From positions 1-38,318 of the forward strand of contig JAWSUI010000035.1 in the NCBI GenBank assembly GCA_033551855.1: a stretch of DNA of 38,318 bases. The letters are read 5' to 3'. The notes below the pieces were generated by a model. The model was not told the origin of the DNA. It did not search any database and worked only from the letters and a program-made list of their open reading frames with translations. The DNA comes from Deferrisomatales bacterium (lineage in GTDB: Bacteria; Desulfobacterota; Deferrisomatia; Deferrisomatales; JACRMM01). Position numbers and translations under genes: made by a program. Below, piece by piece: positions 18,281-29,558 of this stretch (position 1 is the stretch's first letter; the number at the start of each line of letters is the position of its first letter).

Positions 18281-20743
18281 GTGGCCCCGGAGCCCCGGCG
18301 GCCCCGGGCGTGGCAGCGCCCGCTGCTGTTCAGCATCCTTCTGTGCCTGGTCGGCGGGGCCCTCGTGCCCCAGCGGCCCCTGTGGGGGATGACCCTGGCT
18401 CTGGCGGGCGGCGCGGCCGGCGCCCTCTCCTTCCGGGGGCCCCTGCCCCGAGGCGCCGCGGCCCTCGCCCTGGGGGCGATCGCGCTGGCCGGTGCCCGCG
18501 GTACCGCACCGCAGACCCCTGCCCTGCCGTTGGGGAAGGACCTGCATCTGCGGGGGCTGGTCATCGAGGACCCGCGTCCGGGAGCGGACGGACCCCGGGT
18601 GCTGGTGGACCTGCGCGCGTCGGCCGGGCCCGGGTCAGAGTGGAAGGACGCGACGGGCCGCGTGCTCCTCCAGGTGCTGGGGGATCCCACACCCCCGCCG
18701 GCGCTCGGCGACGTCGCCGTCTTCCGCTCCCGCCTCCGGCCGCCCACGGGGCCCGTGAACCCAGGCGGAGGCGGCTATCCGGCCTATCTGGAGCGGAAGG
18801 GGGTTACCGCTCGGGCCTCTGCCAAGTGGCCGGGCACCGTATCCTTCGCCAGGCCGGGGGAGGGGTCCCCCGGGTGGATGCGGCTTCGCCAGCGACTGGG
18901 ATCGGCCCTGTCCCGGGCCGTGCCGGGTCCCGAGGGAGGGGTGCTGCGTGCCCTGGCGCTGGGGGAGCGTTCCAGCCTGCCCCCGGAGACGGCCGAGGCC
19001 TTCCGCCGCTGCGGCACCGCGCACCTGGTCGCCATCTCCGGTCTGCACCTGGGAATGCTCGCCCTGCTCCTCACCCCGCCCCTTCGGGCCCTGCTGGTGA
19101 GGGTTCCCCTTCTCCCCCTCGCCCACCCCGTGCCCTTGCTGGCACGGGCGCTCACCTTGCCCTTCCTGGCGGCCTACGCCGCCCTCTCGGGGTTCCAGGT
19201 GAGCACGCTGCGGGCCCTGGTGATGGTGGGGCTCCTCCTCCTCGGCACGGCACTATCGCGGCCCGTGGCATTTCCCGCGCTGCTGGCCGCCACCGCGATC
19301 GTCCTCGGCGTCGGCTCCCCCCGGGCCCTGGGGGACCCAGGTCTGCACCTTTCCCTCGCCGCGGTGGCGGGGCTCTTCTGGCTCGCGCCGCGGCTGGAAG
19401 CCGTGGTCGCCAGGCCCCCCGACCCCCTGGAACGCGTGGCGCCCCCCGGCGCCTGGCTGCGGGCCCTCCGGCGGGCGGGCCGGGGGCTGCGCTCCCTCGC
19501 TTGCGCATCCACCGCGGCGGCCGTCGCAACCGCGCCGGTGTCCGCCTACCACTTCGGCGGGTCGAGCATCCTCGGGCTGGCGATGAACCCCGTGGCGGTT
19601 CCCCTGGTCGGTTTCTTCTGCCTTCCCCTCGCCCTCCTGGGGGCTGCCGCCGAGGCCCTGTGGCCGGGGACGGGGGGCTTCGCCTGGAAACCCGCCGGAG
19701 TGACGTTGAGCCCCCTGCTCTGGCTCCAGGGGGCCCTGGTGCCCCTTGCACAGCGCCTGACCCTGCCGGGTCTGAGCTCCCTGCTCGCCGTAGGGGCCGC
19801 CGCCTGCCTCGTCGCGGCCCTGGGGATGGCCCTGCAGAGGCCTCGCCCCCGGGGGCTCGTGGCCCTCGCCCTGGCGGGTGTACTCGGCCTCACCGTTCCC
19901 GAGGCAGCCCGGGGGATCCACACCGCCCTGCGCAGGGACGCAGACCTGTGGGTCTTCGACGTGGGCAGCGGCCTGGCCGTGGGGCTTCGTTTGCCCGGGG
20001 GCCACTGGGCCGTGGTGGACGGGGCGGGGTTTCCGGGCAGCACCTTCGATCCGGGAGAGCGCATCGTCGTCCCCGCCCTCTCGGCACTCGGGGGGCGGGG
20101 CCTGACCCTGGCGATCTCCACCCACCCCCACCCCGATCACCTGATCGGCCTCCCGGCCCTGGTGGCGTGGGGCCGCCCGGAAGAGGTGTGGCTCCCGGGC
20201 AGCTTCGAAGGGGACCCGCGCTATGTCCGCCTCCTGGCCGCGGCCGAGGCCGCCGGCTCCCGGGTTCTCTGGCTGCCCCCCGAGGGGAGGACTCGGGGCT
20301 TTGGCGCCGCGAAGGTCGAGGCGCGCTGGTTTCCCGAAACCCGGGAGAACGACCGCAGCCTGGCGGTGCGGGTCGAGTGCGGGGGCACGGTGGCCCTGAT
20401 CCCCGCAGACCTGGAGAGCGCCGGGCTCGCCCGACTGGCGGCATCGGACTTCCCCGCCCGCTGCGACCTCCTTCTGGCCCCCCACCACGGCGCCGCCAAC
20501 GCGGTGCACATGCCCTTCCTGCAGGAGGCACGCCCCCAGATCACTTTCATCTCCGCGGGGGGGCGCCCCGGCCTGCCGGCGCCGGTGTTTCTGGACTCCC
20601 TGGATGCCCTCGGCATCCCGGCGTGCTCGACCCACCAGCAGGGCTTCCTGCACGCCCGGCTCGGTGCCCGAGGGCTCCAGGCGCACTGCGGCCCCACCAG
20701 GGACCGGAGAGTGCTCGGCGGGAGGGACCCCCCGGCCCCGTGA
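18281..20743 (+). CDS. comEC: DNA internalization competence protein ComEC/Rec2
   Basis: GTAHLVAISGLHLG competence motif, many TM segments, MBL domain FDVGSG, THPHPDH, ENDRS, PHHG. Confidence 0.92.
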   Translation: MAPEPRRPRAWQRPLLFSILLCLVGGALVPQRPLWGMTLALAGGAAGALSFRGPLPRGAAALALGAIALAGARGTAPQTPALPLGKDLHLRGLVIEDPRPGADGPRVLVDLRASAGPGSEWKDATGRVLLQVLGDPTPPPALGDVAVFRSRLRPPTGPVNPGGGGYPAYLERKGVTARASAKWPGTVSFARPGEGSPGWMRLRQRLGSALSRAVPGPEGGVLRALALGERSSLPPETAEAFRRCGTAHLVAISGLHLGMLALLLTPPLRALLVRVPLLPLAHPVPLLARALTLPFLAAYAALSGFQVSTLRALVMVGLLLLGTALSRPVAFPALLAATAIVLGVGSPRALGDPGLHLSLAAVAGLFWLAPRLEAVVARPPDPLERVAPPGAWLRALRRAGRGLRSLACASTAAAVATAPVSAYHFGGSSILGLAMNPVAVPLVGFFCLPLALLGAAAEALWPGTGGFAWKPAGVTLSPLLWLQGALVPLAQRLTLPGLSSLLAVGAAACLVAALGMALQRPRPRGLVALALAGVLGLTVPEAARGIHTALRRDADLWVFDVGSGLAVGLRLPGGHWAVVDGAGFPGSTFDPGERIVVPALSALGGRGLTLAISTHPHPDHLIGLPALVAWGRPEEVWLPGSFEGDPRYVRLLAAAEAAGSRVLWLPPEGRTRGFGAAKVEARWFPETRENDRSLAVRVECGGTVALIPADLESAGLARLAASDFPARCDLLLAPHHGAANAVHMPFLQEARPQITFISAGGRPGLPAPVFLDSLDALGIPACSTHQQGFLHARLGARGLQAHCGPTRDRRVLGGRDPPAP

Positions 20744-20814
20744 CCCCGGGAATCTGGGGACTTGAAAAGCCGGAAGCCACCACCCTCACCTGTTCCGGCG
20801 GGGTCGGGGAGACT

Positions 20815-20983
20815 TGGAGCGCAGCCCCGCACCGCCTCCACCGAGTCGAAGAGGCCGGCGCAAGCGGGTGAAGCCCGACGCACCGGGGACCGCCGGGACA
20901 CCTCTTCGAATTGCCGCGGATTGCGGGGCGAAACGCAGGGGCTCGCGGACTCCGCTTACCGACCGGCGCGTTCCGGTGGATCC
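20815..20983 (+). repeat. Dispersed intergenic repeat, copy B
   Basis: About 92% identical to copy A over 141 nt; ends GGTGGATCC. Confidence 0.93.
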
Positions 20984-21000
20984 AGGGGAAACAGCGCCAA

Positions 21001-21029
21001 TTGACAGGTTTCGGGCCATCTGTTAGCTT
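21001..21029 (+). promoter_or_regulatory. Sigma70-type promoter upstream of the GGDEF pseudogene, hisS and aspS
   Basis: TTGACA-17 nt-TAGCTT. Confidence 0.7.
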
Positions 21030-21060
21030 CGCGGCTCAACTCCCCACCCGGCCGCGGTAT

Positions 21061-21736
21061 ATGGTCAAACCACCCATCCTGGTCCTCGACGACGATGCCT
21101 CGTCTCGCACCTTCTGCAGTCGGGTGTTGAGCGAGGCCGGGTACCCCGTCCTCGAGGCCGGCACCCCGCCGGAAGCCCCCGGTGCCATGGAACGGGAGGG
21201 CCCGGTGCTGGTCCTGGCCGACGCCCGGCTCTTCGACGGCCCCGGCCTGGGACTGCTCGCACCCGGGCAGGCCCGGGAGCCGGCGGCCGACCTGGCTGTG
21301 ATGGCGGACGAGGGCTCCCTCGACGCAGCGGTACGGTTGCTGAAGGAGGCGAACCGCGCGCGCGATCCGTTCCGCATGCTGTTCTTGGACCTCGATTCCT
21401 TCAAGCAGGTCAACGATGCCTACGGCCATCGGTGCGGCGGGATGGTTCTCGTCGAGGTGGGGCGCGTCCTTCGACACACCGTGCGCCAGGGGGACATCGT
21501 CAGATGGTACGGGGGGGACGAGTTTACGGTCGTGCTCCCGAGGACCGGCGGCCGTCAAGGGGCGCGCCTTCCTGGAGCGCGAGGGCGATACCGTCCACCT
21601 GACCGCTTCCATCGGGGTCGCCGCCTGCCCGGACGACGCGCGGACCCGGGAAGACCCCATCGACCAAGCCGACCGCGCGATGTGCCGGGGAAAGGCGGCC
21701 GCCCGGGACGTCGTCTACCCGTCCAGGGCCCACTGA
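21061..21736 (+). pseudogene. Decayed REC-GGDEF diguanylate cyclase (internal deletion and frameshift)
   Basis: REC start ILVLDDD runs abruptly into FLDLDSFKQVNDAYGH...YGGDEF. The GGDEF C-terminus (LTASIGVA...ADRAM..K) is in another frame after about 21550. Confidence 0.8.
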
Positions 21737-21742
21737 GATGAC

Positions 21743-23079
<1,337 letters not shown>

Positions 23080-23080
<1 letters not shown>

Positions 23081-24873
23081 TGCGAGCAATGGGCGACTGG
23101 AGGCGTACGCATACCTTGGGGGAGCTCCGCACCGACCACGAGGGCGGCGACGTCACCCTGATGGGCTGGGTGCACCGGCGCCGGGACCACGGCGGGCTCA
23201 TCTTCATCGACCTCCGCGACCGGGAGGGTCTCACCCAGGTCGTCTTCTACCCGGAGCTCTGCCCGGAGGCCCACGAGCTGGCCCACGACCTCCGGAGCGA
23301 ATACGTCGTCGCCGTGCGCGGCCGCGTCGCGCCGCGGCCGGAAGGGACGGTGAACCCCGGGCTCCCCACCGGGGCCATCGAGGTGCAGGCCCAGGAGCTT
23401 CGCATCCTGAACCCCTCGAAGACGCCTGTCTTCCCGGTGGAGGACGCGACGGATGCCGGTGAGGACCTGAGGCTCCGGCATCGATTTCTCGACTTGCGCC
23501 GCCCGGCTCTCCAGCGAAACCTCCGGCTGCGGCACCGGGCCGTGATGGCCGCACGGCAGTTTCTGGACGACCAGGGGTTCCTGGACGTGGAGACGCCCAT
23601 GCTCACCCGGAGCACGCCGGAGGGTGCCCGGGACTTCCTGGTGCCGAGCCGGCTCTCCCCCGGGCATTTCTACGCGCTTCCCCAGTCCCCCCAGCTCTTC
23701 AAGCAGCTCCTCATGGTGGCAGGGCTGGACCGCTACTACCAGGTCGTCAAGTGCTTCCGGGACGAGGACCTGCGGGCCGACCGGCAGCCCGAGTTCACCC
23801 AGATCGACGTCGAGATGAGCTTCGTCACCCCGGACGTCGTCATGGAGACGATGGAGCGCCTGGTCGCCGCCGTCTGGCGAGAGGTGCGGGGCGAAGAGCT
23901 CGTCCTGCCCTTCCCCCGCATCCCGCACGAGGACGCGGTCGGGCGGTACGGCACCGACGCCCCGGACACCCGCTTCGGCCTGGAGCTGGCCGACGTGAGC
24001 CGGGAGGCGGGCGCGTCGGGGTTCCAGGTGTTCTCCCAGGCCGTGGCCAAGGGCGGGCTGGTCAAGGGGCTCAACGCCAAGGGGGCGGGCGAGCGGTTCT
24101 CCCGGAAGGAGATCGACGAGCTCACCGCGTTCGTCGCCCCCTTCGGGGCCCGGGGGCTCGCGTGGATTCGCGTGCAGCCCGACGGCGAGTGGCAGTCGCC
24201 CATCGCGAAGTTCCTCGGCGACGAGGCCCGCGCCGGCATCCGGGCCGCCTTGGCCCCGGAGCCCGGCGACATCCTGTTCTTCGTGGCCGACCAACCCCGC
24301 GTGGTGAACCTCGCCCTGGCACGTTTGCGCACCCACCTGGCCGCCCGGCTCGGCCTCGTCCCGGAGGGGCAGTGGGCGTTTTGCTGGGTCACGGACTTCC
24401 CGCTCCTGGAGTGGGACGACGAGGCCAAGAGATACGTGGCGCTGCACCATCCCTTCACCAGCCCGCGGCCCGAAGACGAGCACCTGCTCGACGGGCAGCC
24501 CCTCGCCGTGAAGGCCCAGGCCTACGATCTGGTGCTCAACGGCACCGAGGTCGGGGGCGGCTCCATCCGAATCCACTCCGCGGAGGTGCAGGAGCAGGTG
24601 TTTCGCGCCCTGGCCATCGGGCCCGAGGAGGCCCGCGCGAAGTTCGGGTTCCTCCTCGATGCCCTCGCCTACGGCGCCCCGCCCCACGGAGGCATCGCCT
24701 TCGGTCTGGACCGGCTCCTGATGTTCCTGTGCGCTGCCCCGAGCATCCGCGACGTGATCGCGTTCCCGAAGACCCAGAAGGGGACGTGTCTGCTCACGGA
24801 AGCGCCGGCCCCGGTGGACCCGGCCCAACTGCGGGAGCTGCACCTGCGGGTGCGGGCCCCGGAGAAGGCATAG
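23080..24873 (+). CDS. aspS: Aspartate--tRNA ligase
   Basis: RRRDHGG, LPQSPQLFKQ, FRDEDLRADRQPEFTQ, GGGSIR, PPHGGIAFGLDR; ATG overlaps the hisS stop. Confidence 0.97.
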
Positions 24874-24885
24874 CTTCCGGGACAA

Positions 24886-25080
24886 GGATCCACCCGTTCG
24901 GCCGGGAGGCCGGGCGATCCGGAGCCGCGTCGAACCACGTCGGTCGACCCGCTGGGCACCGAAGACACCGGCAAGGCACGGCGCTCCGGGGCCTGCGGGG
25001 ACACCCCTTCGCATTGCCGAGGATTCCGCGGAGAAACGCAGGGGCTCCCGGACTGCGCCAGCCAATCGAGTGGGGAATCC
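24886..25080 (+). repeat. Dispersed intergenic repeat, diverged copy C
   Basis: About 24975-25058 matches the 3' half of copies A and B (GGGACACC.CTTCG.ATTGCCG.GGA...CGCAGGGGCTCCCGGA). Left end GGATCCACC is the reverse complement of the family's right end. Confidence 0.8.
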
Positions 25081-25094
25081 CAGAGGGAACCAGT

Positions 25095-25126
25095 TTCTTG
25101 ACGGGGTTAGGCAGGAATGCTATTGT
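25095..25126 (+). promoter_or_regulatory. Sigma70 promoter with an overlapping imperfect palindrome (candidate Rrf2 operator)
   Basis: TTGACG-17 nt-TATTGT; TTCTTGAC-N7-GGCAGGAA dyad over the -35. Confidence 0.6.
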
Positions 25127-25163
25127 TCACCCCTAGCATCGGAAACCGAGCCAGGGGAGCGCC

Positions 25164-25643
25164 ATGAAACTCACCACCAAGAGCCGCTACGGTGTGCGGG
25201 CAATCTTCGACATTGCCTACCACACGGGGGGCCTCCCCGCCCAGATCAAGGACATTTCCGAGCGCCAGCGGATCAGCCCCCGCTATCTGGAGCAGATCTT
25301 CCAGCGGCTGAAGAAGGCGGGGATCCTGGGGAGCAAGCGGGGCCCCAAGGGAGGGTACTTCCTGCTCAAGGACCCCAAGGACATCACGATCTACGAGATC
25401 ATCACGTGCACGGAGGGGCCCATCGAGCTCGTCTTCTGCGTGGGAGAAGATGAAGAGGGCGGGAACTGCGACGTCTCCATGTGCGACATGAAGGACCAGT
25501 GCGTGGCCAGCCCGCTGTGGAAGGAGCTGGGGGACAAGATCGCCGCCATCTTCCAGGAAACGACCATCCAGGACCTGTGCAAGAAGGCAGAACGCCTGGG
25601 CATCGACCGGAAGCTCGACGCCCGCTTCATGTACTACATCTGA
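25164..25643 (+). CDS. Rrf2-family transcriptional regulator (IscR-like, Cys cluster)
   Basis: MKLTTKSRYG, YLEQI, SKRGPKGGY, C-terminal Cys cluster, ..PLW. Confidence 0.92.
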   Translation: MKLTTKSRYGVRAIFDIAYHTGGLPAQIKDISERQRISPRYLEQIFQRLKKAGILGSKRGPKGGYFLLKDPKDITIYEIITCTEGPIELVFCVGEDEEGGNCDVSMCDMKDQCVASPLWKELGDKIAAIFQETTIQDLCKKAERLGIDRKLDARFMYYI

Positions 25644-25715
25644 CGGACGAGCTGCGAGCCGCATCCTGCGCCCCGGCCTGCCGGGGCGCCTTCGTTTGAT
25701 TTCGGGGAGCCGCCC

Positions 25716-26717
25716 ATGCCCGTGCGCCTCGCCATCAACGGCCTCGGCCGCATCGGCCGCAGCGCCCTTCGAATCGCCCTGGGGTGCGAGCCGCTCCAGG
25801 TCGTGGCCGTCAACGACCTCGCGGAGGCCTCGGCGCTCGCCTACCTTCTGCGCTACGACTCCGTGCTCGGCCGCTGGGACGCCCCGGTCGAGGAGCGCGG
25901 CGGAGTCCTCACGGTCGGGGGCCGGGAGATCCGGGCCCTGCGGGAGGAGGATCCGTCCCGGCTCCCCTGGACCGAGCTCGGAGTGGACGTGGTGCTCGAG
26001 TGTACCGGGATCCACACGCGCCGGGAGCGGGCGGCGCTGCACCTGGCGGCAGGCGCCGCCCGGGTGGTGATCTCGGCCTCTTCCGACGACGCCGACGTCA
26101 CCCTGGTTCGGGGCGTCAACGAAGAGCACTTCGACCCGAGCCGGCATCGGGTGATCAGCAACGGGTCCTGCACCGGCAACGGTCTCGCCCCGGTGCTGCG
26201 GATCCTGGACGCCGCGTTCGGCGTGTCCCACGGCTTCGTCACCACGATCCACCCCTACACCAGCGACCAGAGCCTGCTCGACCGGCCCCACCCGGACCGG
26301 CGGCTTGGCCGGGCAGCGGCGCTCTCCATCATCCCCACCGTCACCGGCGTCCCCCGGGCCATCGCCCACGTGCTCCCCGGATTCGACGGCCGGCTCGAGG
26401 GCAACTCGATTCGGGTTCCGACCCCAGACGTGTGCCTCCTCGACCTCACCGCCTCCCTGGCCCGGCCGGCGCCGGCGACCGCCGTCAACGCGGCTCTCCG
26501 GGAGGCGGCGGAAGGCCCCCTTCGGGGAATCCTCGGGTACAGCGAGGAACCCCTGGTCTCGGCCGACTACGTGGGATGTCCCCTCTCGGCGGTGGTTGAC
26601 GGTCCCCAGACCAGCCGGTCCGGCGCGGATCTGGTCAAGGTGCTCCTGTGGTTCGACAACGAGTGGGGGTACGCCAACCGCCTGGTGGAGGTGGCGCGAC
26701 TCGTGAGCCGGGGGTAG
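25716..26717 (+). CDS. gap: Type I glyceraldehyde-3-phosphate dehydrogenase family protein (divergent)
   Basis: INGLGRIGR, NDL, ECTG, SNGSCT, RVPT, WFDNEWGY; upstream of pgk-tpiA. Confidence 0.88.
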   Translation: MPVRLAINGLGRIGRSALRIALGCEPLQVVAVNDLAEASALAYLLRYDSVLGRWDAPVEERGGVLTVGGREIRALREEDPSRLPWTELGVDVVLECTGIHTRRERAALHLAAGAARVVISASSDDADVTLVRGVNEEHFDPSRHRVISNGSCTGNGLAPVLRILDAAFGVSHGFVTTIHPYTSDQSLLDRPHPDRRLGRAAALSIIPTVTGVPRAIAHVLPGFDGRLEGNSIRVPTPDVCLLDLTASLARPAPATAVNAALREAAEGPLRGILGYSEEPLVSADYVGCPLSAVVDGPQTSRSGADLVKVLLWFDNEWGYANRLVEVARLVSRG

Positions 26718-26797
26718 GCTGGGGCTTCGCGGGCCTCTCGGCCTCGCGCCGCCACACGGCCGGCATCACGCACCGCTTCCGCTTCGGGAGGTGACCC

Positions 26798-27985
26798 ATG
26801 GCGATCCGCCACGTCCGCGAGCTTCCTTTGGCAGGCCGGCGCATTTTCGTACGGGTGGATTTCAACGTCCCCCTCCGGGACGGCGTGATCCAGGACGACA
26901 CCCGCATCCGCGCCGCCCTGCCCACCCTCCGCGAGGTCCTCGACGGGGGCGGGTCCCTCGTGCTCGCGAGCCATCTGGGCCGGCCCAAGGGAGGTCCTGA
27001 CCCCGCCTACAGCCTGGGCCCTGTGGCGCAGCGGCTCGGAGAGCTCCTGAGACAGTCCGTGCCTCTCGCCCCCGGAGTGGTCGGGGCCGAGGTCGCGGCC
27101 CTCGCCGCCGCCCTGGCCGAGGGACACGTGCTGCTGCTGGAGAACCTGCGGTTTCATCCCGGGGAGACCAAGAACGACCCGGAGCTCTCCCGCCGGCTCG
27201 CCGACCTGGCGGACCTCTACGTGAACGACGCCTTCGGGAGCTGCCATCGGGCCCACGCGTCCACCGTGGGCATGGCGGCCCACTTCGAACCGGGGGAGAA
27301 GGCGGCCGGAAACCTGCTCCTGTCCGAGGTCGAGGCGTTTCGCCGGGTCCTCGACACCCCCCAGCGGCCCTTCGCCGCCATCCTCGGGGGCGCCAAGGTC
27401 AGCGACAAGATCGGCGTGGTCCGCAACTTGCTGGGGAAGATCGACCGCCTCCTCGTCGGCGGGGGGATGGCCTACACGTTTCTCGCCGCCCAGGGGGTTC
27501 CCACCGGCGACTCCCTGCTCGAGGCGGACAAAGTGGATCTCGCCCGGGAACTCCTGGCCGAGGCAGGGCGTCAGGGCAAGGAGCTCTTCCTGCCGCAGGA
27601 CCACGTCCTCGGCAAGGACCTCTCCGAAGGGACGCCCATCCAGGTGACCCCCGGCCCCGAGGTGCCCCCCGGGTGGAAGGCCCTGGACATCGGCCCCAAG
27701 ACCCGGGAGGCGTTTGTCCGGGCCTTGGCCGACGCCCGCACCGTGGTGTGGAACGGCCCGATGGGCGTGTTCGAGGTTCCGGCCTTCGCCGAGGGGACCT
27801 TCGCGGTCGCCCGGGCCGTCGCGGCCTGCCCCGGCTTCACGGTGGTGGGAGGAGGTGACAGCGTCTCGGCGGTGCAGCGCTCCGGGGTTGCCCAGGAGAT
27901 CGGCCACATCTCCACCGGCGGCGGCGCGTCCCTGGAGCTCCTGGAGGGCCGGGTGCTCCCCGGCGTCGCGGCCCTGGAGGAGTGA
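26798..27985 (+). CDS. pgk: Phosphoglycerate kinase
   Basis: [43 protein letters not shown]. Confidence 0.97.
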   Translation: MAIRHVRELPLAGRRIFVRVDFNVPLRDGVIQDDTRIRAALPTLREVLDGGGSLVLASHLGRPKGGPDPAYSLGPVAQRLGELLRQSVPLAPGVVGAEVAALAAALAEGHVLLLENLRFHPGETKNDPELSRRLADLADLYVNDAFGSCHRAHASTVGMAAHFEPGEKAAGNLLLSEVEAFRRVLDTPQRPFAAILGGAKVSDKIGVVRNLLGKIDRLLVGGGMAYTFLAAQGVPTGDSLLEADKVDLARELLAEAGRQGKELFLPQDHVLGKDLSEGTPIQVTPGPEVPPGWKALDIGPKTREAFVRALADARTVVWNGPMGVFEVPAFAEGTFAVARAVAACPGFTVVGGGDSVSAVQRSGVAQEIGHISTGGGASLELLEGRVLPGVAALEE

Positions 27986-27988
27986 GCC

Positions 27989-28744
27989 ATGAGGAAACCC
28001 CTCGTCGTCGCCAACTGGAAGATGCACAAGACGGGGCCGGAGGCCCTCGCCCTGGCCCGGGAGGTAGCGGCGCGCCTGCGGGACGAGCAGGACACCGAGA
28101 TCGCCGTGGCCCCGCCGTTCACCGCCCTGCAGGCCGTGGGCGAGGTCTTGTCGGGGACGCGGATCGGCCTCGGCGCCCAGAACATGCACTGGGAGCCCGA
28201 AGGGGCCTTTACCGGCGAGGTCTCGCCCCCCATGCTCCGGGCCCTGGGCGTGCGGTACGTGATCCTCGGCCACTCCGAACGGCGTCAGCTGTTCGGCGAG
28301 ACCGATGAGGACGTCGCCCGCAAGGTCTCGGCGGCGGCCGCCGCCGGCCTGACTCCCGTCGTCTGCGTCGGGGAGACCCTGGCCCAGCGGGACGGCGGCG
28401 CCGCGGACGAGGTCGTCGCGCGCCAGCTGACCGCAGCCCTCGAGTCCCTCCCTCCGGGTGGCGGCGGACCCCTCGTCGTGGCGTACGAACCGGTCTGGGC
28501 CATCGGCACCGGGCGCACCGCCGGCGCGGCCCAGGCCCAGGAGATGCACGCCGGGGTCCGCTCCCTCCTGGTGACCCTCCGGGGGGCGGAGGGGGCGGAG
28601 GCCGCCCGCATCCTCTACGGCGGGAGCGTGAAGCCGGGCAACGCGGCCGAGCTCCTGACCCAACCGGACGTGGACGGGGCCCTGGTGGGCGGGGCCAGCC
28701 TGGACGCCGAAACATTTGCATCGATCGTCCGTTTTCGTGTATAA
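27989..28744 (+). CDS. tpiA: Triosephosphate isomerase
   Basis: NWKM, GHSERR, AYEPVWAIGTG, YGGSV, LVGGASL. Confidence 0.97.
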   Translation: MRKPLVVANWKMHKTGPEALALAREVAARLRDEQDTEIAVAPPFTALQAVGEVLSGTRIGLGAQNMHWEPEGAFTGEVSPPMLRALGVRYVILGHSERRQLFGETDEDVARKVSAAAAAGLTPVVCVGETLAQRDGGAADEVVARQLTAALESLPPGGGGPLVVAYEPVWAIGTGRTAGAAQAQEMHAGVRSLLVTLRGAEGAEAARILYGGSVKPGNAAELLTQPDVDGALVGGASLDAETFASIVRFRV

Positions 28745-28777
28745 GGACGGGCTTCGACACCAAGGGAGCCCACGCGC

Positions 28778-29122
28778 ATGTACGTACTTCTCGTGATCAT
28801 CCACGTCCTGGTCTGCCTGGCCTTGATCGGCATCGTCCTCTTGCAGCAGGGCAAGGGGGCGGACATGGGGGCGGCCTTCGGGGGCTCGAGCCAGACCCTT
28901 TTCGGGAGCTCGGGGGCCACTACCTTCCTCGGAAAGCTCACCGCGGCGGCCGCCGTGGTCTTCATGCTCACGTCCCTCGCCTTGACGTATCAGGCGACCA
29001 CCAGGTATAAATCCAGCGTCATGCCCGACCGGCCGGCTGCGGCCGCGCCCGCCGAGACGGCTCCGGCGTTCCCGCTGAGCCTCCCCCCGAGTGAACCGCC
29101 CGCCGAGCAGAAGGCGGAGTGA
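28778..29122 (+). CDS. secG: Preprotein translocase subunit SecG
   Basis: Two TM segments around LLQQGKGADMGAAFGG; conserved tpiA-secG-tRNA-Leu order. Confidence 0.95.
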   Translation: MYVLLVIIHVLVCLALIGIVLLQQGKGADMGAAFGGSSQTLFGSSGATTFLGKLTAAAAVVFMLTSLALTYQATTRYKSSVMPDRPAAAAPAETAPAFPLSLPPSEPPAEQKAE

Positions 29123-29136
29123 GATACGGACATCCT

Positions 29137-29222
29137 GCCCAGGTGGTGGAAATGGTAGACACGCTATCTTGAGGGGGTAGTGGGGAACACCCGTGCCGGT
29201 TCGAATCCGGCCCTGGGCACCA
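29137..29222 (+). tRNA. tRNA-Leu (anticodon GAG)
   Basis: Acceptor GCCCAGG/CCTGGGC plus ACCA; anticodon arm CTATC-TTGAGGG-GGTAG; long variable arm; GGTTCGAATCC. Confidence 0.97.
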
Positions 29223-29230
29223 GATTCAAG

Positions 29231-29261
29231 AAGGGAGCCGGCGAGAGCCGGCTCCCTTTTT
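29231..29261 (+). terminator. Intrinsic terminator
   Basis: AAGGGAGCCGGC-GAGA-GCCGGCTCCCTT followed by T residues. Confidence 0.9.
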
Positions 29262-29558
29262 CGGTGTCCGGTCCGGGACTTCGGGACACTGCGAGGTTTG
29301 TGAAGTTTCCCTTGGTCAGGCTACCTCCAAACAGTGAATTGTGTAGGTCTGACACCTCTGCCTTTCAAGGGGGAAGCATGGCCACTTCACTCCGGCCCAC
29401 GTCACGGTCCTGACGGCTCGCGAAGGGACGGATGTTCCGGGAACGCAAAGCGACTGAAGGGTCGGCAGTGAAGACCCCCCCAGCCTGACGTCCGAGGAGG
29501 GGCCTCGTTCGCGAGGAGCCACCGGGATTCAAGCCGTGCGGCTCCCCGGCCGAAGGGA

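Noticed and set aside
21545..21560. Programmed frameshift in the GGDEF gene
   Set aside because: No slippery heptamer, and the shift coincides with missing residues, which fits decay.
29420..29555. Canonical c-di-GMP-I or c-di-AMP riboswitch
   Set aside because: Only short motif fragments; the full helix layout could not be built.
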